32,000 nt of DNA from an uncultured archaeon (GTDB taxonomy: Archaea; Micrarchaeota; Micrarchaeia; Micrarchaeales; CABMGC01). Each line of letters begins with the position of its first letter. Position 1 is the stretch's first letter. The translations under genes and the position numbers were made by a program. This document shows, piece after piece, positions 18,901 to 26,652 of this stretch. The notes below the pieces were generated by a model. It was given only the letters and a program-made list of their open reading frames with translations, searched no databases and had not been told where the DNA came from. The stretch is taken from NCBI GenBank assembly GCA_963704435.1, contig OY969902.1, forward strand, positions 1 through 32,000, given 5' to 3'.

Positions 18901-19017
18901 CAGGCTTTCGGGACCAACCGCATACTGGTCGCAGGCTACTACGCGAACCAGACAGTGCAGGCCGGAAACCAGTTCATCCAGGCCCTGCTGGCCTCTGCGG
19001 CTAACGGCGGCCACTGA
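15979..19017 (+). CDS. S-layer protein, methanococcal-type N- and C-terminal regions around a large divergent centre
   Basis: Signal-like N-terminus, then GQPVVQIVVGSQAQASDGVVVANIAAVIGNLAYTS. C-terminal STLVVVGSKYVNSVAAQIF...RILVAGYYANQTVQAGNQFIQALL. Very rich in T/S/N, about 17 N-x-S/T sequons by hand count. Confidence 0.85.
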   Translation: MNRLNAKRIGVLAASLLFGMAVAGPVSFSNIPIINSAGQPVVQIVVGSQAQASDGVVVANIAAVIGNLAYTSTPITATVSGTSNVKCAVTTPSCTLTNQQVSLGESGVVAPTGTYGFTALIGSILNGATILSAPVSTKSLQSFSSNGYGFPQTTAIQTSPYPSPYSTGNYVPNPSGGVSTSNGGGVQFSTFTSGTVDNILQIQHAQLPALLSNYGTYGESESLWITGFPVFDQQNTVNNFAIFDMGGAYQATFNKPVPLSTSNSAANAQIKLLGQNWVIVGGTYPSGTSYTTTGTVAGGTLLLAQSLVNKTTVYVGHNLTSGPWVVQLTDLGQTVNNANPASLSIYYKGVLTNTTSIAPSSNKTFNVTGNRLIVYVGSTFAGLYAYQKWAQLQLYSNIFPLSNGQKYNASVNQGWTTRLLWTNATSSGAANALQSIIFFNNSMSNPVLPGGSLNYMTSPAAYKVTFVGDTLGSASYDPVTFAVSSQGNQNYKNNAGTQAASSDATSSVYSVVNVNSMWGTGNALPATILQENVTSINEPAQMLTVTSSIPNAFTVGAVQSGTISYDLSPYQLTEANVVNTLASGANILGTAILVTGGASNLISTSGQLTITVSGYKSVSGQSTPTQVTTVAQVTNSKSGVPTVTMSSNSIMDYVTNIGLSQAIPGLQVVVTEMASGNPSNTVTLATLAPITTPYALYTQSSQTYMSTAVGTSILYNQQNGQSSNSFSLVQTGTGAGTGWGNANTISGVSSRYFTMNVPEYNVPSQVSSVDQIAIGIWNNTIAGGSQLFQLNMSPVGNRNNVTYYTGTGGAGTVTGVYAPTGFRTERGSKVASITPTSVTLNLATNVDGLQFIVGPANVTAATTTKKIVGPYGVGQTTNIANVTIANVTATCAFSTTSCSVTGLANVTATSSASSALTPVALNTASTPIAVLDSNSNAASTLVVVGSKYVNSVAAQIFSQNPSLSNTFGPSSVVVQAFGTNRILVAGYYANQTVQAGNQFIQALLASAANGGH

Positions 19018-19038
19018 AGGTCACGGCTGACAGTCTTA

Positions 19039-19085
19039 GGGAGGAGGCTTTTGCCTCCTTCCTTTCTCTTTTTTTGTTTTTAAGG
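19039..19085 (+). terminator. Hairpin plus poly-T terminator of the S-layer gene
   Basis: Stem GGGAGGAGGC (19039-19048) / loop TTTT / GCCTCCTTCC (19053-19062), 10 bp with one G-U, followed by a T-rich tract. Confidence 0.7.
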
Positions 19086-19261
19086 TCCCCCAGCGCAAGC
19101 GGGCCGCAGTTCCGTTTAAGGGTGTCCGGAATCTCATAGAAAAGCGCAGTATTTCCCATCCAGAGCGGCCTCCGCAACCCCTAAAGCACCCTGACTTCCC
19201 TCGGATTCCACTAACCTATTTAAAGTTTCACATCGAATACGTCTCACAACCAGTTGATAAG

Positions 19262-21313
19262 ATGGGCTCGAGGTTGACGTTCGCATTGCTGTTCGCAGTC
19301 GCAATCATTCCAGGGATGCTAGGCGCATACTCGATGAAGGGCGTGGACTCGCTCCTCTCGGGCTACAGCGTGCCCAACTCGCTCGTCAGCTCGCTGTCCC
19401 CAGTTAACCTCACCCTCGCGGGAAGCTCCTACGTCGCGCTGTACAAGGGCGGCGCGCTCTACTTCCTCGTCAACGTGACCCGCGGCAACTACTCGCTCGT
19501 GACGAACGCAAGCAGCATATACTCCGTAATCCGGAACCGCACGATAAGCGCCGCGCTCGCGCAGGCGAACCCATCCGCGCTCTCCGCGCAGATGAAGCGG
19601 TATCAGGCCTCATCGGCGCAGCCGCTGGGCGACTGCCTCTTCGAGACCGGCCTGTCCCAGGGCGCCACGTGCACGATGCAGAACAACTGCGCCTCGTGCC
19701 AGTCGATACCCGTCTGCTTCGCCGCGATGTTCAACAACTCGGAGATCCTGGAGCCGGCGATACAGACATTCGCGAGCCAGTACGCCTGGATGAACCAGAG
19801 CTTCAATGAGTTCTATTCCGCGGCGAACTCCCTCAGCGCCGGCAACGCCAACGCGAAGATCCCGATAATGAATGCGGCATTCCTCAACATCACCAACCTG
19901 ACCGAGAACATATACCAGAACGCCCTCTTCTCCCCTCCGTCGAACTTCACGTCAACCTCGTTCTCGAGCTGCAACTACGCCGCCAACCCCTCCACGCTGC
20001 CGTGGTACTGCGTGGCGATCGGCTTCTGCATGAACCCCACCTACAACTACACCAAGCTAGCGTACATAAACAGCGGCCTTAGCGCGCTCGGAGCCCTGCC
20101 GATATCAAACAACCAGGTTCTCGCCATAGCGACCAACACCAGCAGCACGGAGAACGGATACGTCGCCACCATCATCGCCGGGCAGAAGCGCGCGCAGCTG
20201 TCAGCGATGCTCAACAGCACCATACCGGGGTACGCCGCGCTGGTCAGCAGCTCGGCCTCGGTGCTGGCCCGCATCCCCAACCAGGCGCTGCTCAACGCGC
20301 TTACCGCGTTCGAGGCGACCTACGCAGGCGCCACGGCCAACTATTCCACCGCCAATATCACCGCCGAGGGCGTGACGCTGGCCAGCGAGTATGCGGCCCT
20401 GAAGGGCGCGTACGCCGCGGTAAACGGCACCTACTCGTCGCTCATTTCGAACTCGTCCAGCAACACGGCGAAGCTGATCGAACTGCAGCTCGGGGGCTCC
20501 TCATCGCAGGAGATAGGAAACCTCGCGTTCGAGCAGTTCAGCCTCAACAGCGCGATAGCTTCCGGCGGATCGGCCAACATCCTTGCGCTAAACGCCGAGG
20601 AGGCATCGATATCGCGCAGCCTGTCCTCGTACTACGTCAGCCCGGTGGACCTAGTGGGGATCGCAAGGTACTTCGACGGCCCGTTCGTAACGCTCATCGC
20701 ACCGGCACTGGGCCTCGGCTACTCTAGCGCGGTGTCGCTAGCGCCGGCCCTTGGCGCGCTGCTGTCGCTGATAATCGGCGCGGTCGTGTTCGCCCTGCTG
20801 TTCGTGTACAGGTCGCGCCTCCACTCGCACCACAAGGTCGCGCTCAACCGCAAGACCAGGAGGAACTGGAACATCGTCTTCGCGCTGCTGGCAGCGCTCA
20901 TCCTGGTCTACGCCGGGCTCACGGCCCTGCTGGTGTCCTACGCCAACGCGTCCGCGCCTATCGGCGCGTTCAACGGCGCGCTGAAGTCGTCGGGATCGCT
21001 GGTCGTGGTCCTCAACGGCACCGCTACGCAGGCAATGCAGTCGTGCGCAGGCAAGATAGAGGCGCAGGCGCAGCTCGAGGGTAAGAAGATCATCCAGGCA
21101 ACGTTCTCTGACGGAATCTGCAGCGCCGACAATATCACGGCCTCGGAAGGCACGTGCATGGGCACGTACGCGGACCGCGGGACTCCCATGGTGATACTCA
21201 CCAGCGCAACGAGCCCCGGAATCGGCGTCTACTCGCTGTACGGCACCGAGCTCATGGCAAGCGGAAGCGATGCGGTAATGGGCACGTGCTACGTTTCTTC
21301 TCTCATAGGGTGA
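19262..21313 (+). CDS. Large secreted/membrane surface protein of unknown function (signal peptide and at least two internal TM segments)
   Basis: Hydrophobic N-terminus; long glycosylation-sequon-rich Cys-containing ectodomain; ALGALLSLIIGAVVFALLFVY and WNIVFALLAALILVYAGLTALLV TM segments. TATA-like TATTTAAAG upstream. Confidence 0.75.
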   Translation: MGSRLTFALLFAVAIIPGMLGAYSMKGVDSLLSGYSVPNSLVSSLSPVNLTLAGSSYVALYKGGALYFLVNVTRGNYSLVTNASSIYSVIRNRTISAALAQANPSALSAQMKRYQASSAQPLGDCLFETGLSQGATCTMQNNCASCQSIPVCFAAMFNNSEILEPAIQTFASQYAWMNQSFNEFYSAANSLSAGNANAKIPIMNAAFLNITNLTENIYQNALFSPPSNFTSTSFSSCNYAANPSTLPWYCVAIGFCMNPTYNYTKLAYINSGLSALGALPISNNQVLAIATNTSSTENGYVATIIAGQKRAQLSAMLNSTIPGYAALVSSSASVLARIPNQALLNALTAFEATYAGATANYSTANITAEGVTLASEYAALKGAYAAVNGTYSSLISNSSSNTAKLIELQLGGSSSQEIGNLAFEQFSLNSAIASGGSANILALNAEEASISRSLSSYYVSPVDLVGIARYFDGPFVTLIAPALGLGYSSAVSLAPALGALLSLIIGAVVFALLFVYRSRLHSHHKVALNRKTRRNWNIVFALLAALILVYAGLTALLVSYANASAPIGAFNGALKSSGSLVVVLNGTATQAMQSCAGKIEAQAQLEGKKIIQATFSDGICSADNITASEGTCMGTYADRGTPMVILTSATSPGIGVYSLYGTELMASGSDAVMGTCYVSSLIG

Positions 21314-21317
21314 TCCG

Positions 21318-21911
21318 ATGGCGGACAAGAAAGGCAAGAAGCAGGCTGCGGCGGACAGGAAGCCGACCGCAAGGGCAGTAGCCCGAGAGCGGAAGGAGGC
21401 CAAGCCCGCGCAGGTGGCCGCCACATCACGGATGAGGCTCCTGTTCACCGTCGCGCTAGCGATCGTCGCAGTCATCGCCGTGTTCGCGGTGTTCCTCTTC
21501 GCGCTCCGCGGGACTGCCATCAATGTTCCTTTCTCTACGTTCAAGGCGAACTTCGATGCGGCGCCAAGGGTCGCGGTGTTCGTCACGTACCTCAACCAGA
21601 CGCAGTACACCTTGGAGTTCCACTGCTCCAGCTACCTTGTCCAGTCGATAGCCTCGTCCAGGAACGTGAGCATAGACTTCTACGTGATGAACGGCACGAG
21701 CTGCACCTTCTCACCTACAGGGGTTGGCCACACGATCAACGGCACCGAGACGAAGGCCGCGAGCTACTGCACGGCCCTCGAGGGCAACGAGCCGAGCATA
21801 CTCCTTAACTACGCGCCGCTGAACCTCACGCTCATCAGGGCGTACGAGCTCACGGTCTACGGGAACGCGGCTTACATGGCGAGCTGCCCGATTGCCGTCG
21901 ACATACACTAG
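21318..21911 (+). CDS. Single-pass membrane protein with basic cytoplasmic N-terminus and extracytoplasmic Cys-containing domain; function unknown
   Basis: MADKKGKKQAAADRKPTARAVARERK then LLFTVALAIVAVIAVFAVFLFAL. Starts 4 nt after the preceding stop, so probably co-transcribed. Confidence 0.7.
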   Translation: MADKKGKKQAAADRKPTARAVARERKEAKPAQVAATSRMRLLFTVALAIVAVIAVFAVFLFALRGTAINVPFSTFKANFDAAPRVAVFVTYLNQTQYTLEFHCSSYLVQSIASSRNVSIDFYVMNGTSCTFSPTGVGHTINGTETKAASYCTALEGNEPSILLNYAPLNLTLIRAYELTVYGNAAYMASCPIAVDIH

Positions 21912-21983
21912 CGGCTGCAGAGGCGCTGTGACTCCATATTGTAACGCTTAAGCGGAGTCTTTAATATCAATGCTCTACCTTAG

Positions 21984-22169
21984 ATGTCTATGGCAATTAG
22001 GGAAGCTGAGAAGATGCACACAGCGGTAGGAAGAGGCGTTATGCTAAAGGTACGCGCAGCCGAAGGCCTAAAAGCATATAAAGAATTCATGAAGTTCCTA
22101 ACAAACGAGGATTTGAAAAATATAGATAGGAGCGTAAAGGAGTTTCACACTAAGTTTAGATTTGGCTGA
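21984..22169 (+). CDS. Small conserved-looking protein, function unknown
   Basis: 61 aa ORF with TATA-like TTTAATAT about 25 nt upstream of ATG, consistent with a leaderless gene. Confidence 0.5.
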   Translation: MSMAIREAEKMHTAVGRGVMLKVRAAEGLKAYKEFMKFLTNEDLKNIDRSVKEFHTKFRFG

Positions 22170-22662
22170 CTGAATGGCTGCTCAGAGCTTCTTCTACGCT
22201 CAACATTCTTCTTCCTCCTTTTATTTCCTTATCGATTCTGTCAAGCTTTTTGCTAACCAAGGCTTCTTCGCTTGGGAACACATCCTCAAGCTTCCTGTTC
22301 GACTGGAGCACCTTCCTCCTCGTTATGTTCCAGTTGTCAGTGCCTCCCTTCTCGAACTCGGACAGCTCTATGAAGTACCAGCCCTCGCCCTTCATGCGCC
22401 AGGCCACGAACGTGGGGAACGCGCCGTTGTCCCTCCAGAACAGCAGCTTCCTGTACTGGTCCCCGTCCAGCGCCAGGCTGGTGCTGTCCCAGGCCTTGCA
22501 CTCCAGGGACACGCACTTCCCGCCCTTTATCGCTATCAGGTCCGGGCTTATCGCGTTCACTCCCGAGCCCGCGCTCCTGGTCACGGACCAGCCCTTGCCG
22601 TCGAGTATGTTGAGCAGCTCCCGCTCGCTCCTGGCCCCCTTCTCGTACCTCCTGATCGCCAT
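22156..22662 (-). CDS. hjc: Archaeal Holliday junction resolvase Hjc (true start M52 of the track ORF)
   Basis: MAIRRYEKGARSERELLNILDGKGWSVTRSAGSG, PDLIAIKGGKCVSLECKAW nuclease core. On the minus strand a TATA box (TTATATATTTT) lies 25-30 nt before M52. Confidence 0.87.
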   Translation of the reverse strand: MAIRRYEKGARSERELLNILDGKGWSVTRSAGSGVNAISPDLIAIKGGKCVSLECKAWDSTSLALDGDQYRKLLFWRDNGAFPTFVAWRMKGEGWYFIELSEFEKGGTDNWNITRRKVLQSNRKLEDVFPSEEALVSKKLDRIDKEIKGGRRMLSVEEALSSHSVSQI

Positions 22663-22898
22663 GGATGTGGCTTGCGGTTCAAAATATATAAGCGTTTTGT
22701 GCCCTCCGAGCGCGTTTGGCAGCGCTGGCCGGCTCCCCGTAGGCAACGTATTTAACCCTTTCCTACCCATTAGTTCCGTAGCTAACGGCTCAGGTGCTGG
22801 GATATGCCGCTTCATATTTCATTCGGTTTCTATAGAAAACTGTCTCTAACCGACGGTATCGTGTGAACTCCTCCTAGCCGCAGCTTCGCAGTGATGGA

Positions 22899-23285
22899 TT
22901 GCAGCCTGAACAGAGAGATGCAGCAAGGGCGAGGCAGGTCTCGGGCATGCTCGAGGCGCTTCGGAAGGGCACCGTCGTGGTAGAGGGAATGCACGACGTA
23001 AGGACCCTGGAGCGCCTGGGCATAGGGTCCACGGCCTACTCGAAGCTCGCTACCTCGCTTCCCGACGTGGGCAGGACGGTGTACGTCCTTACCGACAACG
23101 ACAGGGGAGGGGAGGAGAAGAAGCGGAAGATAATGGCGATACTTCTCGAATCGGACAAGAGGTACGCCATAGACGACACCCTCGGCCGCCGGCTGCTCCG
23201 GATGCTCAACTCCACTAGCGTTGAGCAGGTGTACGGTCCGATAGAGGAGGTAATGGGAAGGAGGGAAGGCAAAAAACGAAAGTGA
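22899..23285 (+). CDS. Small TOPRIM-domain protein (UPF0292-like); TTG start or M17 at 22947
   Basis: GTVVVEGMHDVRTLERLG...VYVLTDNDRGGEEKKRKI are TOPRIM E and DxD motifs. Confidence 0.75.
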   Translation: MQPEQRDAARARQVSGMLEALRKGTVVVEGMHDVRTLERLGIGSTAYSKLATSLPDVGRTVYVLTDNDRGGEEKKRKIMAILLESDKRYAIDDTLGRRLLRMLNSTSVEQVYGPIEEVMGRREGKKRK

Positions 23286-23289
23286 TCTA

Positions 23290-24795
23290 ATGGCAAAAAC
23301 GTATTTGGACATTGTGAAGTACATGGTGGTGGCGAAGTTCACCATCGACGGCCTGGTGGACAAGCCCGACATAATCGGAGCGGTCTTCGGGCAGACGGAA
23401 GGCCTGCTCGGCGACGACCTCGACCTGAGGGAGCTGCAGAAGGGTGGCAAGATCGGCAGGATAGAGATAGAGGTCTCGCCTTCGGGGAGCAAGACCTACG
23501 GCAGGCTGCTGCTGCCGGCGTCGCTGGACCGCGTCGAGACCTGCATACTCGGCGCAGCCGTCGAATCAGTCGACCGCGTAGGCCCGTTCGAAGCCAAGTT
23601 CTTGGTCGAGAAGGTCGAGGACACGAGGGCCGCGAAGCGCATGAAGATACTCGAGAGGGCGAAGGGCCTGATGAAGCAGCTGCTGAGCACCGAGATACCT
23701 GACAGCAAGGAGCTGGCGGAGATGGTCCAGCGGGAGGTCAAGTCTAGCGAGATAACGACATACGGTCCGGAGAAGCTCCCTGCGGGGCCGGACGTCGGGA
23801 AGGCCGACGACGTGATAATAGTCGAGGGCAGGGCCGATGTCATAACGCTGCTGAAGAACGACATAACCAACGCGATAGCAGTGGGAGGGGCCACGTCGAA
23901 CATACCCCCGAGCATAATCAAGCTCGCGACCGAGAAGGAATCGACGATATTCGTCGACGGGGACAGGGGCGGGGACCTGGTCATAAGGTCGCTGCTCAAT
24001 GCGGTCGAGTTCGACTTCGCCACCAAGGCGCCTGACGGGAAGGAGGTCGAGGAGCTAACCCGTAAGGAGATAATAAAGGCGCTGCGCTCCCGGGTGCCCG
24101 TGGACCAGCTCGGCAAGAGCAGGGAACGCGACGCGAACAGCCACAGGGACCACAGGGATCGCAGGGACGAAAGGGATGGCAGGGACAACAGGGATTCAAG
24201 GCACGGCCCGTACGGGGGAGCGCGGCAGCCGCTGCCTCCGCCGCCAGTGAGGCCGCCGATGCCTCCGTCCCAGGAGGGGCCGGATCAGTTCCCGCAGCAG
24301 CCGCAGTTCGGTCCGGAGGGCAGGCAGGGCCAGAGCGACTCCGACTTCATGGATTCCGGAGAGGCTCCGCATCTCAAGGACATCAGGAGCGACACCGACG
24401 AGGAGGAGGCCTCCGACGAGGGCGCGCTGCAGAGGATTGAGCCGTCGCGCATGGGCAGGCCGGAAGGCGAGCCCATGCCCAGGCCCGCGCTGGAGAGCGT
24501 GCTGCTGGGCCAGCTGGCCAACGGCCTCACGGACCTTTCCGGGACGCTGAGGAGCAGGCTCTACTCGTCTGACGGAAGCGTGGTAAAGGAAGTCCCGATA
24601 AGGGAGCTCCTCTCCGTGCTGCAGGACGCGAGGTCGACCTATGCGGTGGTGCTGGACGGGGTGATAACCCAGAGGCTGGTCGAGCTGTCGCTCGAGAAGG
24701 GCGTGAAGGCCATATACGGAGTCAGGGCGAACCCGATGCCAAGGAGGCATCCCGAGCTGATACTCTACACGAAGGAGCAGGGCAGGATAGAATGA
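23290..24795 (+). CDS. dnaG: Archaeal DnaG-type primase homolog with TOPRIM domain and charged low-complexity linker
   Basis: AKTYLDIVKYMVVAKFTIDGLVDKPDIIGAVFGQTEGLLGDDLDLRELQK, DVIIVEGRADVITLLKN, STIFVDGDRGGDL, C-terminal region LLVxLxD-like with HPELILYTKEQ. Confidence 0.93.
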   Translation: MAKTYLDIVKYMVVAKFTIDGLVDKPDIIGAVFGQTEGLLGDDLDLRELQKGGKIGRIEIEVSPSGSKTYGRLLLPASLDRVETCILGAAVESVDRVGPFEAKFLVEKVEDTRAAKRMKILERAKGLMKQLLSTEIPDSKELAEMVQREVKSSEITTYGPEKLPAGPDVGKADDVIIVEGRADVITLLKNDITNAIAVGGATSNIPPSIIKLATEKESTIFVDGDRGGDLVIRSLLNAVEFDFATKAPDGKEVEELTRKEIIKALRSRVPVDQLGKSRERDANSHRDHRDRRDERDGRDNRDSRHGPYGGARQPLPPPPVRPPMPPSQEGPDQFPQQPQFGPEGRQGQSDSDFMDSGEAPHLKDIRSDTDEEEASDEGALQRIEPSRMGRPEGEPMPRPALESVLLGQLANGLTDLSGTLRSRLYSSDGSVVKEVPIRELLSVLQDARSTYAVVLDGVITQRLVELSLEKGVKAIYGVRANPMPRRHPELILYTKEQGRIE

Positions 24796-24885
24796 GCGAA
24801 GCGCGTAGGCGCAGGGTCAGCTGACCGGCCCTGCTCTCAACGACAAATATATTAAATGAGAATCCGCAATTAATCTGGTGGTGTC

Positions 24886-25092
24886 TTGAAGGGAAAATTC
24901 ACGATAATAATAACTAAAGGCGAAGTCGCTTTCGTCGCATATTGCCAGGAACTTGGCATAGCAAGCCAAGGAAAGACCGTAAGGGAGGCGAAGAAGAACG
25001 TAGCTGAGGCAATATCTCTTTATCTGGAAGAGGCAAAAGACTCAAAACTTGCAAAAAGGCGTCTTCCGCTGGTCGCAACAATAAGCGTCTGA
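24886..25092 (+). CDS. hicB: HicB-like antitoxin (TTG start)
   Basis: FTIIITKGEVAFVAYCQELGIASQGKTVREAKKNVAEAISLYLEEA; directly followed by a HicA-like ORF; TATA-like AAATATATTAAA upstream. Confidence 0.8.
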   Translation: MKGKFTIIITKGEVAFVAYCQELGIASQGKTVREAKKNVAEAISLYLEEAKDSKLAKRRLPLVATISV

Positions 25093-25102
25093 GGTAGTCG
25101 CG

Positions 25103-25330
25103 ATGCCCAAGCTGCCCGTGCTTTCTGCGGCCGAGGTATTGAAGGTCCTGACTAAGGAAGGATTCAGCATATCGAGGCAGCGGGGAAGTCACATAATTCT
25201 CATAAAGTTCGTAAATGGCAAAAAGAGAATAGTAGTTGTGCCTTCTCACAGGGAGCTGGATCCCGGAACACTGCTTTCTATAATATCGCAATCAGGACTT
25301 ACGAAAGACGATTTCTTGAAATTGCTGTAG
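25103..25330 (+). CDS. hicA: HicA-like mRNA interferase toxin
   Basis: LSAAEVLKVLTKEGFSISRQRGSHIILIK...VVVPSHRELDPGTLLSIISQSGLTKDDF. Confidence 0.85.
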   Translation: MPKLPVLSAAEVLKVLTKEGFSISRQRGSHIILIKFVNGKKRIVVVPSHRELDPGTLLSIISQSGLTKDDFLKLL

Positions 25331-25349
25331 CTCGCGCTATTCGCATTCA

Positions 25350-26486
25350 TTATATTGCGTCCGGGTTGTCTGAGACGACGACCTTGGCCTCGTTCAGTCG
25401 GGGTACGAGCCGCCTCATGGCCAGGCTCTTGTACTGGCGCGTGTGGCGCATGTCGAAGTCTCGTATGCCGAGGTGACCCACCAGCACCTTCCCCATCCTT
25501 GAGTGAGAGACATCCACTCCCCTCAGCGAAGACTTCATCATCCCTAGGAACTTGTGCATTCTGGCGTCCGATTCAAACCTCGCGACGACAAGCATGCCGA
25601 CCGGGCAGGGCGTATTGCACATGAAGACGCACTCGTTCTCCCTGTCCTTGTACTCCCCTATGAGCTTCATGAACCACGCGTCCCGCGACTCTTCGAACGC
25701 CTTCGCGCTGGTGACCTTCACCGTGAACAGCACGCTCGCCATCTTCTTGGGCTTCTCCTCGAAGTAGGTGATCCTGTTGAGTATACCCGTCCTGACCAGG
25801 CGGTCGTAGGCATAGAGCATCTGCGCAGGTCCCTGGTTCGACTTCCTGCCCACCTCGCTGAACGTCATGCGCCCGGACTCGTTGAGCCCGATGAGCAGGT
25901 TCTTATATGAGTCGAAGATGTCGAACTGGTTGATGAGCCTATCGCTCAGCGGGAAGAAGCCGAAGCTGCCCCATATCCTGCTGACATGGATGAGCGGCTT
26001 GTGCTTGCCGAGCCTCTTGCTGAGGTTCCCGGCGAACTCGAGCGCGTCCTCGTAGTTCCTTGCGATCGAGTATATCATCAGGTCCTGCGCGCCGCTCAGC
26101 CTAGCAGCGAACTGCGGCAGCGGGGAAGCCCCCACAGCGTCGGCTATCTCGCTGTCGTCGGGCACCGGCCCGGTGAACTTCACGAATGCCATGTACTCTC
26201 CGAAGCCAGCGACCGGCGGCTCCTCCATCGCCTCCGCGAGTATCCCCCTCTTGGTCCTCAGCCTTGCCTTCTTTATGAACTCCCACTTCCAGAGGTGCTC
26301 TATGTCGACCTCGGGCACGAACCTGAGCCCGTGCTCTTCGACGAGCTCATTGAACAGTCCGTAGGCGCTCCTGCGCGCGATCCCCATCTTGCCCGCGATG
26401 ATGTTCATGCTGGCCCGGGCGTCGACGCTGAGGAGCCTGAGCATCCTCTCCTTGGCCATCTCGCGCTTGCTCCCCACCGTCTCCAT
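25350..26486 (-). CDS. Winged-helix transcriptional regulator-like protein
   Basis: N-terminal LLSVDARASMNIIAGKMGIARRSAYGLFNELVEEHG and a second internal GLNESGRMTFSEVGRKSNQGPAQMLYAYDRLVRTGIL, both HTH-like. Confidence 0.65.
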   Translation of the reverse strand: METVGSKREMAKERMLRLLSVDARASMNIIAGKMGIARRSAYGLFNELVEEHGLRFVPEVDIEHLWKWEFIKKARLRTKRGILAEAMEEPPVAGFGEYMAFVKFTGPVPDDSEIADAVGASPLPQFAARLSGAQDLMIYSIARNYEDALEFAGNLSKRLGKHKPLIHVSRIWGSFGFFPLSDRLINQFDIFDSYKNLLIGLNESGRMTFSEVGRKSNQGPAQMLYAYDRLVRTGILNRITYFEEKPKKMASVLFTVKVTSAKAFEESRDAWFMKLIGEYKDRENECVFMCNTPCPVGMLVVARFESDARMHKFLGMMKSSLRGVDVSHSRMGKVLVGHLGIRDFDMRHTRQYKSLAMRRLVPRLNEAKVVVSDNPDAI

Positions 26487-26535
26487 CTCTCGTGGTAATG
26501 AGGAACGAATATTTTTATATTGCTCGGCGGGCGCT

Positions 26536-26617
26536 ATATGCTGACTCCGAAATGGATTCTCGCGAACGTCCCGAACAGTATCGTGATGAATGCCGCGCCG
26601 AGGGATATGGCGAGCAT
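26536..26617 (-). repeat. 82-bp direct repeat copy A: orphan duplicate of the 3' end of the VIT/ferritin-like gene
   Basis: 78/82 identity with 27987-28068. Encodes MLAISLGAAFITILFGTFARIHFGVSI* on the minus strand. Confidence 0.93.
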
Positions 26618-26652
26618 ACGGCTGCCTTCGCAGAATTTAATCTCAATTCTTC

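Noticed and set aside
20738-21610. 290-aa antisense ORF (also 14499..14885 -, 23996..24750 and similar)
   Set aside because: These mirror well-supported GC-rich genes on the opposite strand, have no recognisable motifs and have low-complexity Arg/Ala/Pro composition. They are typical third-position GC artefacts.
22663-22815. 51-aa N-terminal extension of Hjc
   Set aside because: The TATA box of the hjc promoter lies inside this extension, and homology starts at M52 (MAIRRYEKG...). The extension is probably untranslated.
24115-24215. Repetitive RD-rich DNA inside dnaG, first considered as a short tandem repeat or array
   Set aside because: The frame is intact and encodes a charged linker. 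Repeat units are irregular, with no spacers, so it is neither CRISPR nor a satellite.
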